A stretch of DNA of 63,783 nt, the filler included, from Stramenopiles sp. TOSAG23-2 (Eukaryota): the NCBI GenBank assembly GCA_900128395.1. It is 31 parts of 31 records of this genome, joined end to end, with 100 filler letters (N's around TTAATTAATTAA, not from the genome) between each part and the next. Parts side by side here need not be neighbours in the genome. Positions count along the whole stretch, not along the records: positions 1 to 1,975 come from LT652154.1; positions 2,076 to 4,050 come from LT652155.1; positions 4,151 to 6,125 come from LT652156.1; positions 6,226 to 8,199 come from LT652157.1; positions 8,300 to 10,271 come from LT652158.1; positions 10,372 to 12,343 come from LT652159.1; positions 12,444 to 14,413 come from LT652160.1; 24 more parts are not named here. One strand, given 5' to 3'. Every line of letters starts with the position of its first letter. Position 1 is the stretch's first letter. Below the pieces are notes generated by a model. That model saw nothing but the letters and a program-made list of their open reading frames with translations. It did no database searches and was not told where the DNA came from. Made by a program: the position numbers and the translations under genes. Below are positions 1 through 12,983 of the stretch, in pieces.

Positions 1-478
1 AAAAATACGCGTATCATAAATAATATTTAATGCTTTTATTTATTTTTTGAATTTTTTAATTGATTTCATCATCATTCCTCCAGATAGAGGCATTCCATTA
101 TTGTGATGATGAATTTATAGTGTGGTGCATTATACTTATTATTACTGCTGTATCGGGAATATAACATTAGAGTATTAGAGTCACCAAAATTAAAATTAGC
201 AATGTCATAGCATCAGTCTTAATAGTATTTATACCATTTTTTTTGCCAAGTACAAAATTCTAATTCATGCCTATCAAACTGGACCTGTTTTTAACTTTCA
301 AATAGGATCTGTTTTATTATATTAGTAATAGGATCATCATAAAAAAAATGGATACCTGTGTGATTTGCACTTAGTTGGAATCTTAGACTATGATCCATCA
401 ATGATACCATCGTTACAAGGGATTACAAAGTTGAAAAGTTACAGTATCGTGTTGATTTTATACTTTTCAAATAATAAC

Positions 479-1543
479 ATGGAGCATTATGAAGTGAGCC
501 CATTGTCACTCCCCAATTCATCTCCAAATAATATAAAAAAAAACCTGCAGGAAGATGTACAGTTTGACCCAAAGAAACACTTGGATTTAACTATGCCCAT
601 GTATATTAAAACATTAGATGGTGAAAATGTACCATTTCCATTGAAAAATGCAGCAAAGCACAATGTTGCGTTTAGTGCACCATTTAAAGTACTTAGTGCA
701 GAAGGTGTAAAAGCTTTTCGCCATGTTATTTCTCAAAATGAAGATTTGGCACAACCATTTAAAAATCGACAAAAAAAAGCAATACGTGGGATTGCCTACC
801 GGTCCAAATTTTTTTGTGATTTCACGTATTCTCCAATTGTGCTAAAACATTTATCAAAATGTACCGGAAAAGCGCTTGCACCACATAACTTTCCTATGAA
901 CATATCACAAATTAATTTTGGAGAAATTGGGAGTGATAAAGGTGCTGATGTATGGCATATCGAGAGTGTTCCATATGTATTAGTTATCCTATTGTCCGAT
1001 AGTACTGGAATGGTTGGGGGGCAACTACAAGTTTCGAAAGCTAAATTTGGCGATCCAAAATTAGCTTTGGAATATATACGAAGAGATGGTAAATTGCCTG
1101 AAGATATGATGAATACTGTAAATTATCCTGCTGCTGGCTATGGCATATTTATGCAAGGGAGCAGAATAGCCCATGCCGTAACTCCTGTGCTTAAAGCCTC
1201 TGAGCCTAGGCTAACACTTGTAAATAGTTATCAAAGTTTAAAGCCATTTGAGGAAGATGCAACCTTGTACAAAGTATTTCAAACTATGGATGGTGATGCT
1301 GCACCATTTGAATACGCCCGCCATAAAGCATGGCGAGCAAGTGGTCAATTGGATTATCTTATGAAAGAAGCAAAATATTTTGGAAAAACAGAAAAAATTG
1401 CAAGTGTGCTAAATAAAGCGATTGATGAGTTAGTATACGCAAGAGATTTGATTACGGGTAAAATTGAAGAAGATGCACCTTACAAGGATACAGATAATGA
1501 AGACAACACAAGGGATATCAAATTGGTAAATAGTAAGCTTTAA
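479..1543 (+). CDS. 2OG-Fe(II) oxygenase-like protein, probably peroxisomal (C-terminal SKL)
   Basis: WHIES..VLVILLSD..GG / HAVTPV / RLTLVNSY pattern fits the HxD/E...H...RxS/T jelly-roll oxygenase layout; ends in SKL. ATG at 479 preferred over the upstream TTG. Confidence 0.6.
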   Translation: MEHYEVSPLSLPNSSPNNIKKNLQEDVQFDPKKHLDLTMPMYIKTLDGENVPFPLKNAAKHNVAFSAPFKVLSAEGVKAFRHVISQNEDLAQPFKNRQKKAIRGIAYRSKFFCDFTYSPIVLKHLSKCTGKALAPHNFPMNISQINFGEIGSDKGADVWHIESVPYVLVILLSDSTGMVGGQLQVSKAKFGDPKLALEYIRRDGKLPEDMMNTVNYPAAGYGIFMQGSRIAHAVTPVLKASEPRLTLVNSYQSLKPFEEDATLYKVFQTMDGDAAPFEYARHKAWRASGQLDYLMKEAKYFGKTEKIASVLNKAIDELVYARDLITGKIEEDAPYKDTDNEDNTRDIKLVNSKL

Positions 1544-1975
1544 CTTTTGTCATCAGTAAAACTTTTATGCACTTGATACCTGAATACTTATAACTCTTTT
1601 GCAATCGGATGTATCATATTTGTCTTACATCTCCACTGGCTCAAAATTTTGAACTATTCCATTGGATTGTTTATATTTTTTATATATATGACCCCGTTTA
1701 TCTGAGAGAGGACTTTCTGGCCTATATTGAAATAACATATTATATAGGTAAATATTTCTAGTATACAACTACTCCGTACTTACACAAGAGATTCAACCAA
1801 TATTTTAATTTGTGTTGTTGGAGGAGAAAAAAACATAAATAGCAATAATAAAAAATAAAAAAAAACAATATGTAAATATATATATTTATTACACTATAGA
1901 CTTTTGGTGTAGCCAATATATACCTGTTTTATCTATTGCCGTGCGTTATAAATTTCTTTCATTATCTTGGTATTA

Positions 1976-2075
1976 NNNNNNNNNNNNNNNNNNNNNNNNN
2001 NNNNNNNNNNNNNNNNNNNTTAATTAATTAANNNNNNNNNNNNNNNNNNNNNNNNNNNNNNNNNNNNNNNNNNNN
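1976..2075. other. Artificial contig linker N44-TTAATTAATTAA-N44 (first of 30; recurs every ~2.05-2.07 kb, last at 61737..61836)
   Basis: Identical 100-bp spacer with stops in all six frames; flanking contigs decrease monotonically in length (1975 to 1947 bp). ORFs ending in X...LIN are linker read-through. Confidence 0.98.
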
Positions 2076-2083
2076 CTACAATT

Positions 2084-3668
2084 ATGATAGAGTATATTGA
2101 ATACCTTAATATAAGATTCATTACAATGATCGATGATGAAGAGTACAGCCTTGCTTTACGTTACATAGTAGGTTTAGGAGAATACGATCAAGGTGTCGCA
2201 GAAATATTTTTCCCAATGCTGCCATTTATCCGTGAAGAACGAGCATCAAAGCGTATTCAATTTTTGTCAAAAGGGTATAATAAGAAAATCAACAAGAACA
2301 ACAATTACAACAACAGGGGTAGTGAATCGTTGGATGATTTAGTTCCTTTAGAGAAAGTATTAAGTATTGATACGAAAGAGATTAAAGGAAAAGATGTAAA
2401 TGGGGAGAAAGGTAATAGTGCGATTGAAAATGATAAAAACAAAAGATTATCACCTAGCTCTTCGTTAATGAACATTTTAAAGAAGGGTAGCAATACTACC
2501 AATAGCATAATTAGCAGCAACAATAGTAATAACAATAATGGTGTTGCATTATCTCGGTCTATGATGTTAAAAGCATCATTAGATGCATTCGATGATTCAA
2601 TGGCATTGCATGAAGAGGAAAGTCCTGCTGGGTCACCTGATGAAAAATCGCCATTATTTATGGTAGCAGCGATGGAGAAAAAAGGGAATAATGTAGTAGC
2701 TGAAGAAAAATCACAATTTATGGTATCAGCTACTTTGGAAAAACCAATAAGCAATACAACGTTTAAAAGTGAAGACTCTAATAAAGCACCTTCACAAGTA
2801 AAATCAAGGTTTAGTCATATATTTAATGACATAGATAATCATAATGATGATGATGACGATGATGACTCTGATGATGAAGAAGAGATTGTCTTATTAAGTC
2901 CTGGTCGTCAATCATCTCGTTTTAAATTTGCATCAAATAATAATAACATCAACAGCAATAATAATGATGGTGCCATAAATCGCAAGTCGAATTTGAATAG
3001 AATGCCAGCCGCTCCACTACAATTGCCAGGACCACAATCTTCATTGAACGGTATGTCACAGCAAAAACCAAACTCTCAAGTACCACCATCTGGAAGACAA
3101 TTACAAATGCATCAGCAACAACAACAACAGCATCAGCAACAACAACAACAATCACTGCAAAACCAACAACGATTTATGCCCCGTGGTCCTAGAGGAATGA
3201 CTCCTCAACAACAACAGCAATTTTTTAGAAATCAGCAGCAACAAATACTTCGTCGCCAACAGCAGCAGCAGCAACAACAACAACAACAACAGCTTCAGCA
3301 ACGACTAAGACAACAACAGCAGCAGCAACAACGAATGCCACGCGCGCCAAATCAGCAAATGCCACGACCAAATCAACCATTTATGATGCCAAACAATAAT
3401 AACAACAATAGAAATAATTTTTTCAATAGTGGTCCTCGACCTCCTAATAATATGCAATTTCCAAACATGCAGCAAAGAACACAGCAAGCAACAGGCATGC
3501 CACGCCCACCACAAATTCCAAATATTGTATTGAATAATAACATGCAACAACGACAACAATTCTTTCCAAACCGGATACAACCTCGTCCATTTGGTCTAGT
3601 TAATGGCCAACAACAAAATCAACAAATGTTACAACAACGCCAAATATTAATGAGACAACAGCATCATC

Positions 3669-3705
<37 letters not shown>

Positions 3706-3910
3706 GCAACAACGTATTCAGCAATTAGCGATGCCACCAACAACACAACAATTTTTCAAAGCAGGTCCAGGACAAACTAATGGATGGCCTGGTAGAAATC
3801 AAATGATGCCAAGAACAATGCCAACAAGTAATAATCTTACAAATAATAATGCGGCACCAACATCCGGTGGTGGATTTGCCTTGCCAATATATATGAAAAA
3901 GAAGACTTGA
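2084..3910 (+). CDS. Q/N/P-rich low-complexity protein (5' end probably missing)
   Basis: 608-aa ORF starting near the contig edge; acidic tract, SRF(S/K) motifs and long polyQ from CAA/CAG repeats. Confidence 0.7.
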
Positions 3911-4150
3911 AAGAGTAATAAATGTATTTTCATATTACATTATCTACATCATATACTTCGTAGCATATATAACTTTTGTACCGTAGCTTTTTTTGTGAAT
4001 GTGTGGTAAAAGCTTGTATAGTAAAAATATACTTCGTACATTATTATATCNNNNNNNNNNNNNNNNNNNNNNNNNNNNNNNNNNNNNNNNNNNNTTAATT
4101 AATTAANNNNNNNNNNNNNNNNNNNNNNNNNNNNNNNNNNNNNNNNNNNN

Positions 4151-6125
4151 AGTCGTAGATAATTGATCAGCGCCTTCTGTAAATATTTCAATATTTGTAA
4201 TAGTGGCAACATTGTAGCCGTCAAAACGAGCCACATTTGAAGTCTGGCCTCCAATCAGAGTGGACAGCATAAAATTTCTTCCAACTCCACCTGGAATGGT
4301 ACATTTTATCATACCAGTCGTTGATGCGGCATCACATGGTTTATTTGGACTTTTTAATGTATATTCTGTGCCACTTAAGTGTGGATACAAACCCGTGATT
4401 CCACTTGATTTGCTGGAAGCAACATAATTGTTATAGCTAATAACATTTGCGTTTGTCAAATATACTTCAACATCCCATGTTCCTGGAATTTGTCCTGTAT
4501 TTTCGCTCAATTCCGCTTTCAAACTATCTGGAATATCTATGCTTGGCTGTATAATTTTCACATATGACGCTTCGTAATTGTATGTGGGTGGCATGTTTTG
4601 ATTAAACTTGTACATTCTAAAGCTATCGCTTTGGCATGTTTCTTGTCTTGTTAACCCTATTAGACCCGTACCATTGAAATGGCAGACGTTTGATGCGCCT
4701 CCCACTATAAAATAGTCAGGTTTTGAACTGTGCTCACTAGCTGCAACATAGCATTTTGCAACGAGGTCAGAATTTTGACTCATCGTGATGTCTGAAAATA
4801 GTCCAGTGGGTGTGGAAGATTGGGGAAAGTTAAAGGAAGTAGAATAACAACCAAGTTCAATCCATCTAGACTCTTGGTAACATAAGTCTGGCTCTACCTC
4901 ATACGATGTTTGAGAAAATGAATGTGCAGTCCAACTACCAACCCGCTTGATAAACATTCTAACATCATCATTACTAGAACTGCTTTTGCTGTGGTGATAT
5001 AATAAATTTCCTACCATGCAACGATCTCGAGATGATGATGGGTATACATTAGTATTCAATTTAAAGCTTCCCGATATTGTTTGTACAACTTGACTCTTTC
5101 CAGCATAAACTATTTTATCATCAATAAGCATTTTTCCATCTCCGATGTCGGTACCTTTAATAGTGATTTTTTCGCCTCCGACTGTTGAAACTCCGGCTGT
5201 TTGTGCATTGCCTTCAAGGCTTAATATATGAGGAGGTGCATACGAGAACATTGCTTGTTTCCTATTTCCTGGAACGGATTTATGAACCGTATTGCCCTTC
5301 TTAATATTTACGCTGATCACATGATTTCGTCCAAACCCAATAGCGGTTTGGCATGAAAGCTTTTTATTACTCTCTTCAACTACAATATTTGTGGCTGAAT
5401 ACGAAGCTCCTGTGTTGCCCGTCAAGCCCCCAACACTACTCAAAGGAGAGTATGTAATACTTATATCTCCTATATTTCCCCCTTGAAATAGTCCAAAATT
5501 TTCTCCATAAATTGTTATAGATTCGCCCCCACCGGAGCTTGATAATCGCTGGTTTGACATTTCAATTCGATCAATAAACACATCATTGACATCAATAATA
5601 GGTATTTCGAGTTGAATTATTGTTGAAAATCTAAGACAATTTGTATTTGGGAAAAATGCACAAGTGCCTTCAACTTCTGTTGCATTTAGGGTAACCATTA
5701 GGCTTTTATATTTTTCATTGTCTAAATAAATCCACTTAGAAGAGTCACCAGTAGCTTTGATTTCACAAAAGCCATTGGATTGTATATTTAAGCATCCCAT
5801 TGTCTGTATCAATCCCATAGTCTCAGATGGATTGATATTGACAGCATTGTTAGTATAATCCATAACTTCTACGGACTTGATAGTAAAATCAACACCGTTT
5901 TTAACTACATCCACATCATGCATATATATTTTACCTATGGAGTTTACTTTTACTCGACATTCCATGCCATCCCATGTATAATAATTTGCCCTTCCCATAC
6001 TTTCGCAAGTAAATTTGTTCCCAAACTGAGATATAGTGTCCCTCTCTGTAATATTAAAAACAGCGTCATTAATAGATAATGACGGTTGCTCATTTGCATT
6101 AATTAAATCTACAGTCACTTTTCCT
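4151..6125 (-). CDS. Internal fragment of a large extracellular protein with cadherin-like and IPT/TIG domains
   Basis: Open across the whole contig; cadherin-like linkers (VDLINANEQP, IIDVND) and IPT motifs (GGGESITIYGENFG, TVGGEKITIKGTDIG, CTIPGGVG). Confidence 0.75.
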
Positions 6126-7110
6126 NNNNNNNNNNNNNNNNNNNNNNNNNNNNNNNNNNNNNNNNNNNNTTAATTAATTAANNNNNNNNNNNNNNNNNNN
6201 NNNNNNNNNNNNNNNNNNNNNNNNNTAGGATAGGGGATTGTATATGTAATCGTACTTAGAGTATACAATGAGGAAGGAATATATATCATACGGATTTTCT
6301 TATATATATATATATTAATTAGTCTTTTCTTCTCTGTTACATAATTTATATATATATATATATATATCTTTGGATCACAATAGCGAGAACGATCTTACAT
6401 ACGCAGGTGTCAATCCTTTATTGTTAACTTTCGACTGTATATTCTTTAGAATATTATTATAATTATTATTGTTTTCAATATATCCAATCAACGCAAAAAT
6501 AAATTATCTGTTTTTGTCTCTGAGTATCTATATTGTTTTCGATTTTTTGATTTGTCGCACACATTATATCAACGAGTGTATAAATTCATAATTATTATAG
6601 ATATTAAAAAAAAACTTTATTTCATAATAAAAAACTTCCCGTTTTGCGGTTTGCTTATTCTTTATAAAATTAAAAAAAACTCTCCAAATTCCTGAATAGT
6701 AAGGAAGGCACATCAGCTAATCCAATGTGTTTGAACATCTATCAAAATAGAGTCTATGATTAAAAAATATCCGAATTAATAAACACTTTCTCGTAAATAT
6801 CAATCATATGTGTATAGTATCTTGCAAAAATTAGGATTGCTGAACAGAGATTTTTCAAGCATTATATGCAGATATGGATAAAAATGGAATTTCCTCACAA
6901 AGATGTTTTTTGCAACATTCTCTACTAATTATTACAGAAGAACAATTGTGATTTTATTTTATTACATTATTTATTATTATATCTGAATCATTCATTCATA
7001 TATATATATATATTACAACCGCGAGCACGCATATATTTTCGTACTAAAACAACAATAAAAGTTTTCAAACAATAACTGTAACGATTAAAGCTTCATCTTC
7101 TTGAATCATA

Positions 7111-8199
7111 ATGGACATTATAGACCCATCGATTGACCCAAAAGAGGTCGAGTTGAGAGATGTGGACAAAAAAATACCACCAGAAAAAAAAACTAGAAAG
7201 CGGAAACGACTGATCGTAGACGTAAAGATCACCTTTTGCACCCACGTCGGGTGGGATGGTATACTGGTCTTGCTTTTCTCGTTACTGATTGCTAGTCTGT
7301 TCGTATATATTACCTTTTTGTATACCAAAGGCTTTTATGCATGGCATCGGCCGTTTGTATGGGTCTTTATGGTGTTTGCAGTGCTGTACACACTGTTGAC
7401 CCTTATGTATCCATTTACATGGAAAAAAATCGCCAAGTCCTTTTCTAAAGATAAGACGGGCAGAAGAAATCAGTCGTTCGTTGAACAATTTCTCCAGTTT
7501 AAGAATATGTTTAACATCAATGGTGTCCTATTTTTATGGAAATTGTATCTTTTTGAATTTATAGAAAGTATCAACCAAATAATAAATTTTGCCACCGTTT
7601 ATTTGTGCACTCTACCGGTTGAGGTAACCACAAGTATGTGTATTTTGCTATCTACCGATGCGTTTTATCGAGCCTACCAGCTGAGACAACCCAACACGGT
7701 TGCACGTCGTGACCGTCAAGTCAAGATAGATATATGCATTGATTTTCTATGTGTAGCAGTGCCTCTCTGTGTCTTGTGGTTCGGATACAATGTTCAAATA
7801 TCCATCCCAGAAATGATTCAAATAACGGTATTGCCTACTTTGTGCCTGTTTAGTAAATTACGGTCCATATTACGAGAGATTATACGAGTGCGGACGGATA
7901 ATGCTATCCTTCGTGAACAAACGAAATTATCTAAAACAAGAAACAGAAATCGAAGAAGCATTTTTCGTACATCATCCAGTGTAAAAATCAGTAAACAACA
8001 GCAGAAGCGGGTGCCGAAAATAGTTTCCACGGGGTATTGTGTATATAATAGTTTATATGGACTGTTTTTTCTGGTGGTGGCGATAGCACATGTAGCGATG
8101 CAACCAACTGGTTGCGATAAGACCACGTGGGAAAACGGATGTGTCAATAAGATACCGTTTTGCAAGAGTTTGTTTACTCCTACTTGTAATTGTGTATCG
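7111..8199 (+). CDS. Multi-pass membrane protein, 3' truncated
   Basis: About 6-7 hydrophobic segments, then Cys-rich CVNKIPFCKSLFTPTCNC at the contig end. Confidence 0.7.
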
Positions 8200-8299
8200 N
8201 NNNNNNNNNNNNNNNNNNNNNNNNNNNNNNNNNNNNNNNNNNNTTAATTAATTAANNNNNNNNNNNNNNNNNNNNNNNNNNNNNNNNNNNNNNNNNNNN

Positions 8300-9913
8300 G
8301 ACGGGGCAACTTACCTCACGATTAACGAATGATACAAATGGAATGGTTAGTCCAATGCGAACACTAATGAACACAATATTAACCAACTCTATCAAATTCT
8401 TTGGCGGACTGGTCATGTGCTTATATACATCGTGGAGGTTATCGATTCTTGCTTTTACTAGTATTGGTCCTATTATCTTCTTAATTACACTATATGCACA
8501 GTTTTCCCGTGGTTTAAACCGGCAAATATGGTCAGCTCTTGGCGATGCCAATCAAGTTGCTACCGAGGCATTTTCAAATGTTAGAACGGTCAGAGCATGT
8601 GGACAGGATCAGACTGAAATTTCAAAATATCGGGGCTCAATTATGAATGCTCTTTCTCGAGGAATCGTGGATGCGATTGCAGCCGCTGGTACATATGCTA
8701 TAACTAATTATGTTGATTTAGGTGCATCTATTTTAATTTTATGGTATGGGGGGAACGTGGCAATGTCTGAAGATGGCAGGTTATCTGTCGGTAGCTTGAT
8801 AAGCTTTCAGTTATATTGGCAAATGATTAATAATGCGTATCAGTCATTAACCGGCGTTTTCTCATCCTTAACGCGGGCTGGTGCTGCTGCAACACGAGTA
8901 TTGACATTGATGGATAATTTACCAGATATTGATTTATTTAAAGGCGATCCGGTGACTGATGATACAGCATTTGCACTTGAATTTAAAAGCGTAAAGTTTT
9001 ACTACCAAATGAGACCAGATAATATTGTGTTAAAGGATTTTTCATTGAAAATTGGACAAGATAAAGTTGTTGCTCTGGTTGGTAGATCAGGTGGTGGAAA
9101 GAGTACGGTTGCTCACCTATTGATGCGGTAAGTATCATACAATATATATATATATATGTATATGCTCTTCGTTGGGCTAAGTCTTGTATATTATTACCAT
9201 ATCATAAAAATAATCTCTCACACATTATTATACAACATATACACGTATACATTGTTTTTCATCGTAGTTTTTATGATCCAAAATCTGGAAATATACTTTT
9301 AGATGGAAAGCCATTGCCTAGCTATAGGTTGTCTACATTCCATAAACGTGTTGGCATTGTAGCACAAGACACACAACTTTTTAATCGAACCATTGAAGAA
9401 AATATTAGCTATGGACGTGAAGAATATGCTGTTGAAGATATAATTGATGCTGCGAAGAAGGCAAATGCACATGATTTTATAATGGAATTAGATGAAGGTT
9501 ACCAAACAAAAGTTGGAGAACGTGGGGTCAGGTTAAGTGGTGGGCAAAGGCAACGATTGGCATTAGCTCGCGTTTTTTTAAGAAAACCAAAGTTATTAAT
9601 ATTAGATGAGGCTACATCGGCATTAGATGCTGAGAGTGAATCATTGGTACAAGAATCTATTGACCGTTTAATTGCCCAGGGTGGGTGCACGGTAATGTTG
9701 ATAGCACATCGCCTTTCTACTGTAATTAATGCAGATATGATTGCTGTTGTTGATAAAGGACAAATAGTGGAACATGGAAATCACAAAGAATTACTAAAAC
9801 AAGGTGGATTTTACTCCACGTTAATAAGCAAACAAAGGAATAAAGAGAATGAGAAACTAAACGTGGATGAGCTGATTGATAATATTAGGGATACTGAGGA
9901 TGATAAAAAATGA
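8300..9913 (+). CDS. ABCB-family half-size ABC transporter (TAP/ABCB9/ABCB10-like), 5' truncated; exons 8300..9127 and 9268..9913
   Basis: TMD (GQLTSRLTND), Walker A GRSGGGKST, signature LSGGQRQR, Walker B LLILDEATSALD, H-loop IAHRLST; splicing restores LMR/FYDP. Confidence 0.92.
9128..9267 (+). other. Spliceosomal intron (140 nt)
   Basis: GTAAGT donor, TAG acceptor, AT-rich; removal joins the two ABC ORFs in frame. Confidence 0.9.
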
Positions 9914-10216
9914 AAAAAAATATTAATATATACGCGAGTATATACTCGTATAATATCATAATATGTTACTCGTACACATTAATTATATATACGAGTTATA
10001 TATATATATATGATGCATAGACATAACTTAAATTTTTAAATTTACTCTCCAGGATAATCATTCCCTCATAAAAAATATACTGTGCGTACGAAAACGTACT
10101 CTCCCCAGAAAGAATACAATAACTGAGGCAATAATATCTATCTCACTAAACTGGAAGATGGACAATATTATATATATATACTCTTCGTTGAGTACTCTTC
10201 GTTAGTACTCTTCGTT

Positions 10217-10241
10217 GAGTATTAGTTTGCAGAGGTGCATT
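10217..10241 (-). repeat. 25-nt fragment of the dispersed element, next to a (TACTCTTCGTT[G]AG)x3 tandem
   Basis: GAGTATTAGTTTGCAGAGGTGCATT is identical to 41201..41225. Confidence 0.75.
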
Positions 10242-10670
10242 AGAGCTTTACTATAGTAGGATAACTTTATCNNNNNNNNNNNNNNNNNNNNNNNNNNNNN
10301 NNNNNNNNNNNNNNNTTAATTAATTAANNNNNNNNNNNNNNNNNNNNNNNNNNNNNNNNNNNNNNNNNNNNAATGGCGTCAATTTGCCAGGGAAAGAGTA
10401 AAAAAAGGAAGATTTTGTACATCACGAAAATCAAAATATATATATACGAAATATCATATGTGACCATACTATATATATATCTCACATGTGTGCGTGTATG
10501 TATATTAAATATTATACAATGATTACCATATTATATTTTGAAAATTTGAAAGCTGGAAAGCTTTTGTTTTTAAAAAAAGAGCACAAGAGAGAAGCAACAC
10601 AACTGCATAAAATAAATTTATACTATACCGAGTTTAGCCGTTTTTTGTAGGGTCCACGACAACACATCGC

Positions 10671-11192
10671 GTAACTAAAATAAGCTAATTTTACGTATTA
10701 TAATAATGATAATATACATGCTAAATTTAAGGGCATGGGCTCTTCCTCTTCCATTCTTGGTCAATTTCTCTCTGATTTCAGGTCTTTTATGCAGCCCTTT
10801 ACCTTAACCTGGTTAACCTGTACTGGTTTACCTCAATTATTATTATTATTATTATTATTATTTTTTTTCACAGAATTTATTATTTATTATTTATTCCCTG
10901 CCCTGATGTGTAGGGGTGTTAACGTTTCAAGATAACAAAGTAGAGATATACATATGGCTCAAATCGGCAAAAAACATCCCAGGTGCTGTTGTGTAGGCGT
11001 AGCTAAAATAAGCTAATTTTAATTAATAATGATATATAGATGCTAAATTTAAGGGCACTTCCTCTTCCATTATTCTTGGTCAATTTCTCTCTGATTTAGA
11101 TTTCAGGTCTTTTATGCAGCCCTTTATTATACCTTAACCTGTACTGGTTTACCTCACAATTATTATTTCACAGATTGATTATTTATTTATTA
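10671..11192 (+). repeat. Imperfect ~200-bp direct repeat pair (about 10671..10890 and 10998..11192)
   Basis: Shared blocks ctaaaataagctaatttt, atgctaaatttaagggca, ttcttggtcaatttctctctgattt, taacctgtactggtttacctca. Confidence 0.8.
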
Positions 11193-11303
11193 TCATAAAT
11201 AAAAAAAGGTGTGTGTGTGTGTGTGTATAAATATATAGAATAAACAAACAGGTTATTATAAAAGAAATAACATAAATAGATAAATATCACCCGACATCAT
11301 CGA

Positions 11304-11934
11304 ATGAAGTCGTTGAAATTAACCGTACAAAACGCTGGCTTTGGACCCGATGTTCGTTGCCGGTCGTTTAAATTAGCAGAGTCGCAATCCAAATCTAGGC
11401 AAATACGTGTCATTCGTTTTATATTAGGTTTATTGTCTTTTGTCTCATTCCGATGTTCGTTGCCGGTCGTTTAAATTAGCAGAGTCGCAATCCAAATCTA
11501 GGCAAATACGTGTCATTCGTTTTATATTAGGTTTATTGTCTTTTGTCTCATTTTGTACAGTTGCATATGATGTATATAATGGGGAAATATATATACGTTA
11601 TAAATTGATCGTACTATGTGTCGTATCGTTTATCATTAGAGCCATGTATGGAAAAGTAGCGGCAGAAGAATCGTTATTGGTGATCCAAAAATTAGGTGTA
11701 GAAATTGAGCGTTTATATTTTAGTGGTAAACGTACATTTGAATTTGTTGATATAGATACTATAGAAGATGTAATAATAAATGAAGGGATAACAAGGTGTA
11801 AAATTGTGTATTATATGGCATTTTTATTATCAACAAAGAATGATCCACTTGTTGTTTTTGAAAATTTTCCACCACGTAAAACATTAGAAACTATATGTCA
11901 CGGTACTAGAGAAGTATTAGGTCAAGGGAAATGA
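11304..11934 (+). CDS. PIGH: GPI-GlcNAc transferase subunit PIG-H, interrupted by an out-of-frame 103-bp tandem duplication (11347..11449 / 11450..11552)
   Basis: EESLLVIQKLGVEI...IEDVIINEGI...YYMAF...VVFENF matches the PIG-H family; collapsing the duplication gives one ORF from ATG 11304 (MKSLKLTVQNAGFGPDVRCRSF...). Confidence 0.8.
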
Positions 11935-12001
11935 TATATATACCCGTATTTTAATTCGAGTGTATGCATATAATGAGAAAATATGATTTACGGTATGGTG
12001 A

Positions 12002-12108
12002 GATCTTTTTCCGGGTAGTTACCGGTTGTTGTTGTATACAAACAGGATCTTTCACATCGATATAACCTCATTGTTTTCAAGCGAATCCGTCGTTGAGCGC
12101 AGTCAACA
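12002..12108 (-). repeat. Dispersed structured element, copy B
   Basis: Aligns with 41059..41160 (gatcttt.tccgg.tagttaccggttgttgtt...aacaggatctttcac) and with the core of 43791..43900. Confidence 0.8.
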
Positions 12109-12443
12109 TATTAAAAAAATAAAATATAGTTTTTAAAATAAATAAATCTCTCTCCTCTCGCATCATTTTTTATTATATATGTTTTTTTTTTTTTTTAATA
12201 TTTTTTTTAAATGTGTGTGGGCATCTCTTTTTGATGTACATACATAATTTTTTACACATACACATACTTTATCTTAAATTTTTACAAGCCATTAATCAAT
12301 TTATATCGTTTTAAACGACGGTTTAATTGATTTTTTGTCCATTNNNNNNNNNNNNNNNNNNNNNNNNNNNNNNNNNNNNNNNNNNNNTTAATTAATTAAN
12401 NNNNNNNNNNNNNNNNNNNNNNNNNNNNNNNNNNNNNNNNNNN

Positions 12444-12798
12444 AAGGGGGAATATGCAAACAAAATTTCATACAAAAACCGATAAATATGCATCAATAAA
12501 CGTCAAAGCGTCAAATCAATACTATAAAAAATTTGTTGAAACTCGTGGTGATGTGGGGGGTATGGCATCACCTACTGCAAGTAACAGTGGTGGTGGTCAG
12601 TCCAGTTTTTCAGGTGGTGGGGGTGGAGGCGGAGGATTTAGCACTAATAATAGTGGAGCAAATGTAAATAATTTAGGACGAAAAGTCCAACGACAAAAAA
12701 CTAGATTAAATTTTCTAGTAGTAGGCATTCCATTTTTGATGTTTGCTGGTTACAAATATTTTGATAATAACAGTAAAAGCAACAGGCGGCGATATTGA
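12444..12798 (+). CDS. 3' end of a hypothetical protein with a Gly-rich linker and C-terminal TM helix
   Basis: ORF open from the contig edge; GGGGGGGG tract and LNFLVVGIPFLMFAGY. Confidence 0.55.
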
Positions 12799-12983
12799 TA
12801 GAGAAGGCCAAAAAACGTGTACTGTGTATGTGTCAGGGGGATATTTTTGTCTTTTTTGTTATTTTTTTTATGCTTTTGTGTACATATATATATATATACG
12901 CGTCAATATAACGAAGATACACATGCACACACACACACTCTCTCTCTCTCTCTGTGTCCTCCCTTTCATTTTTTTTCTTTCTT

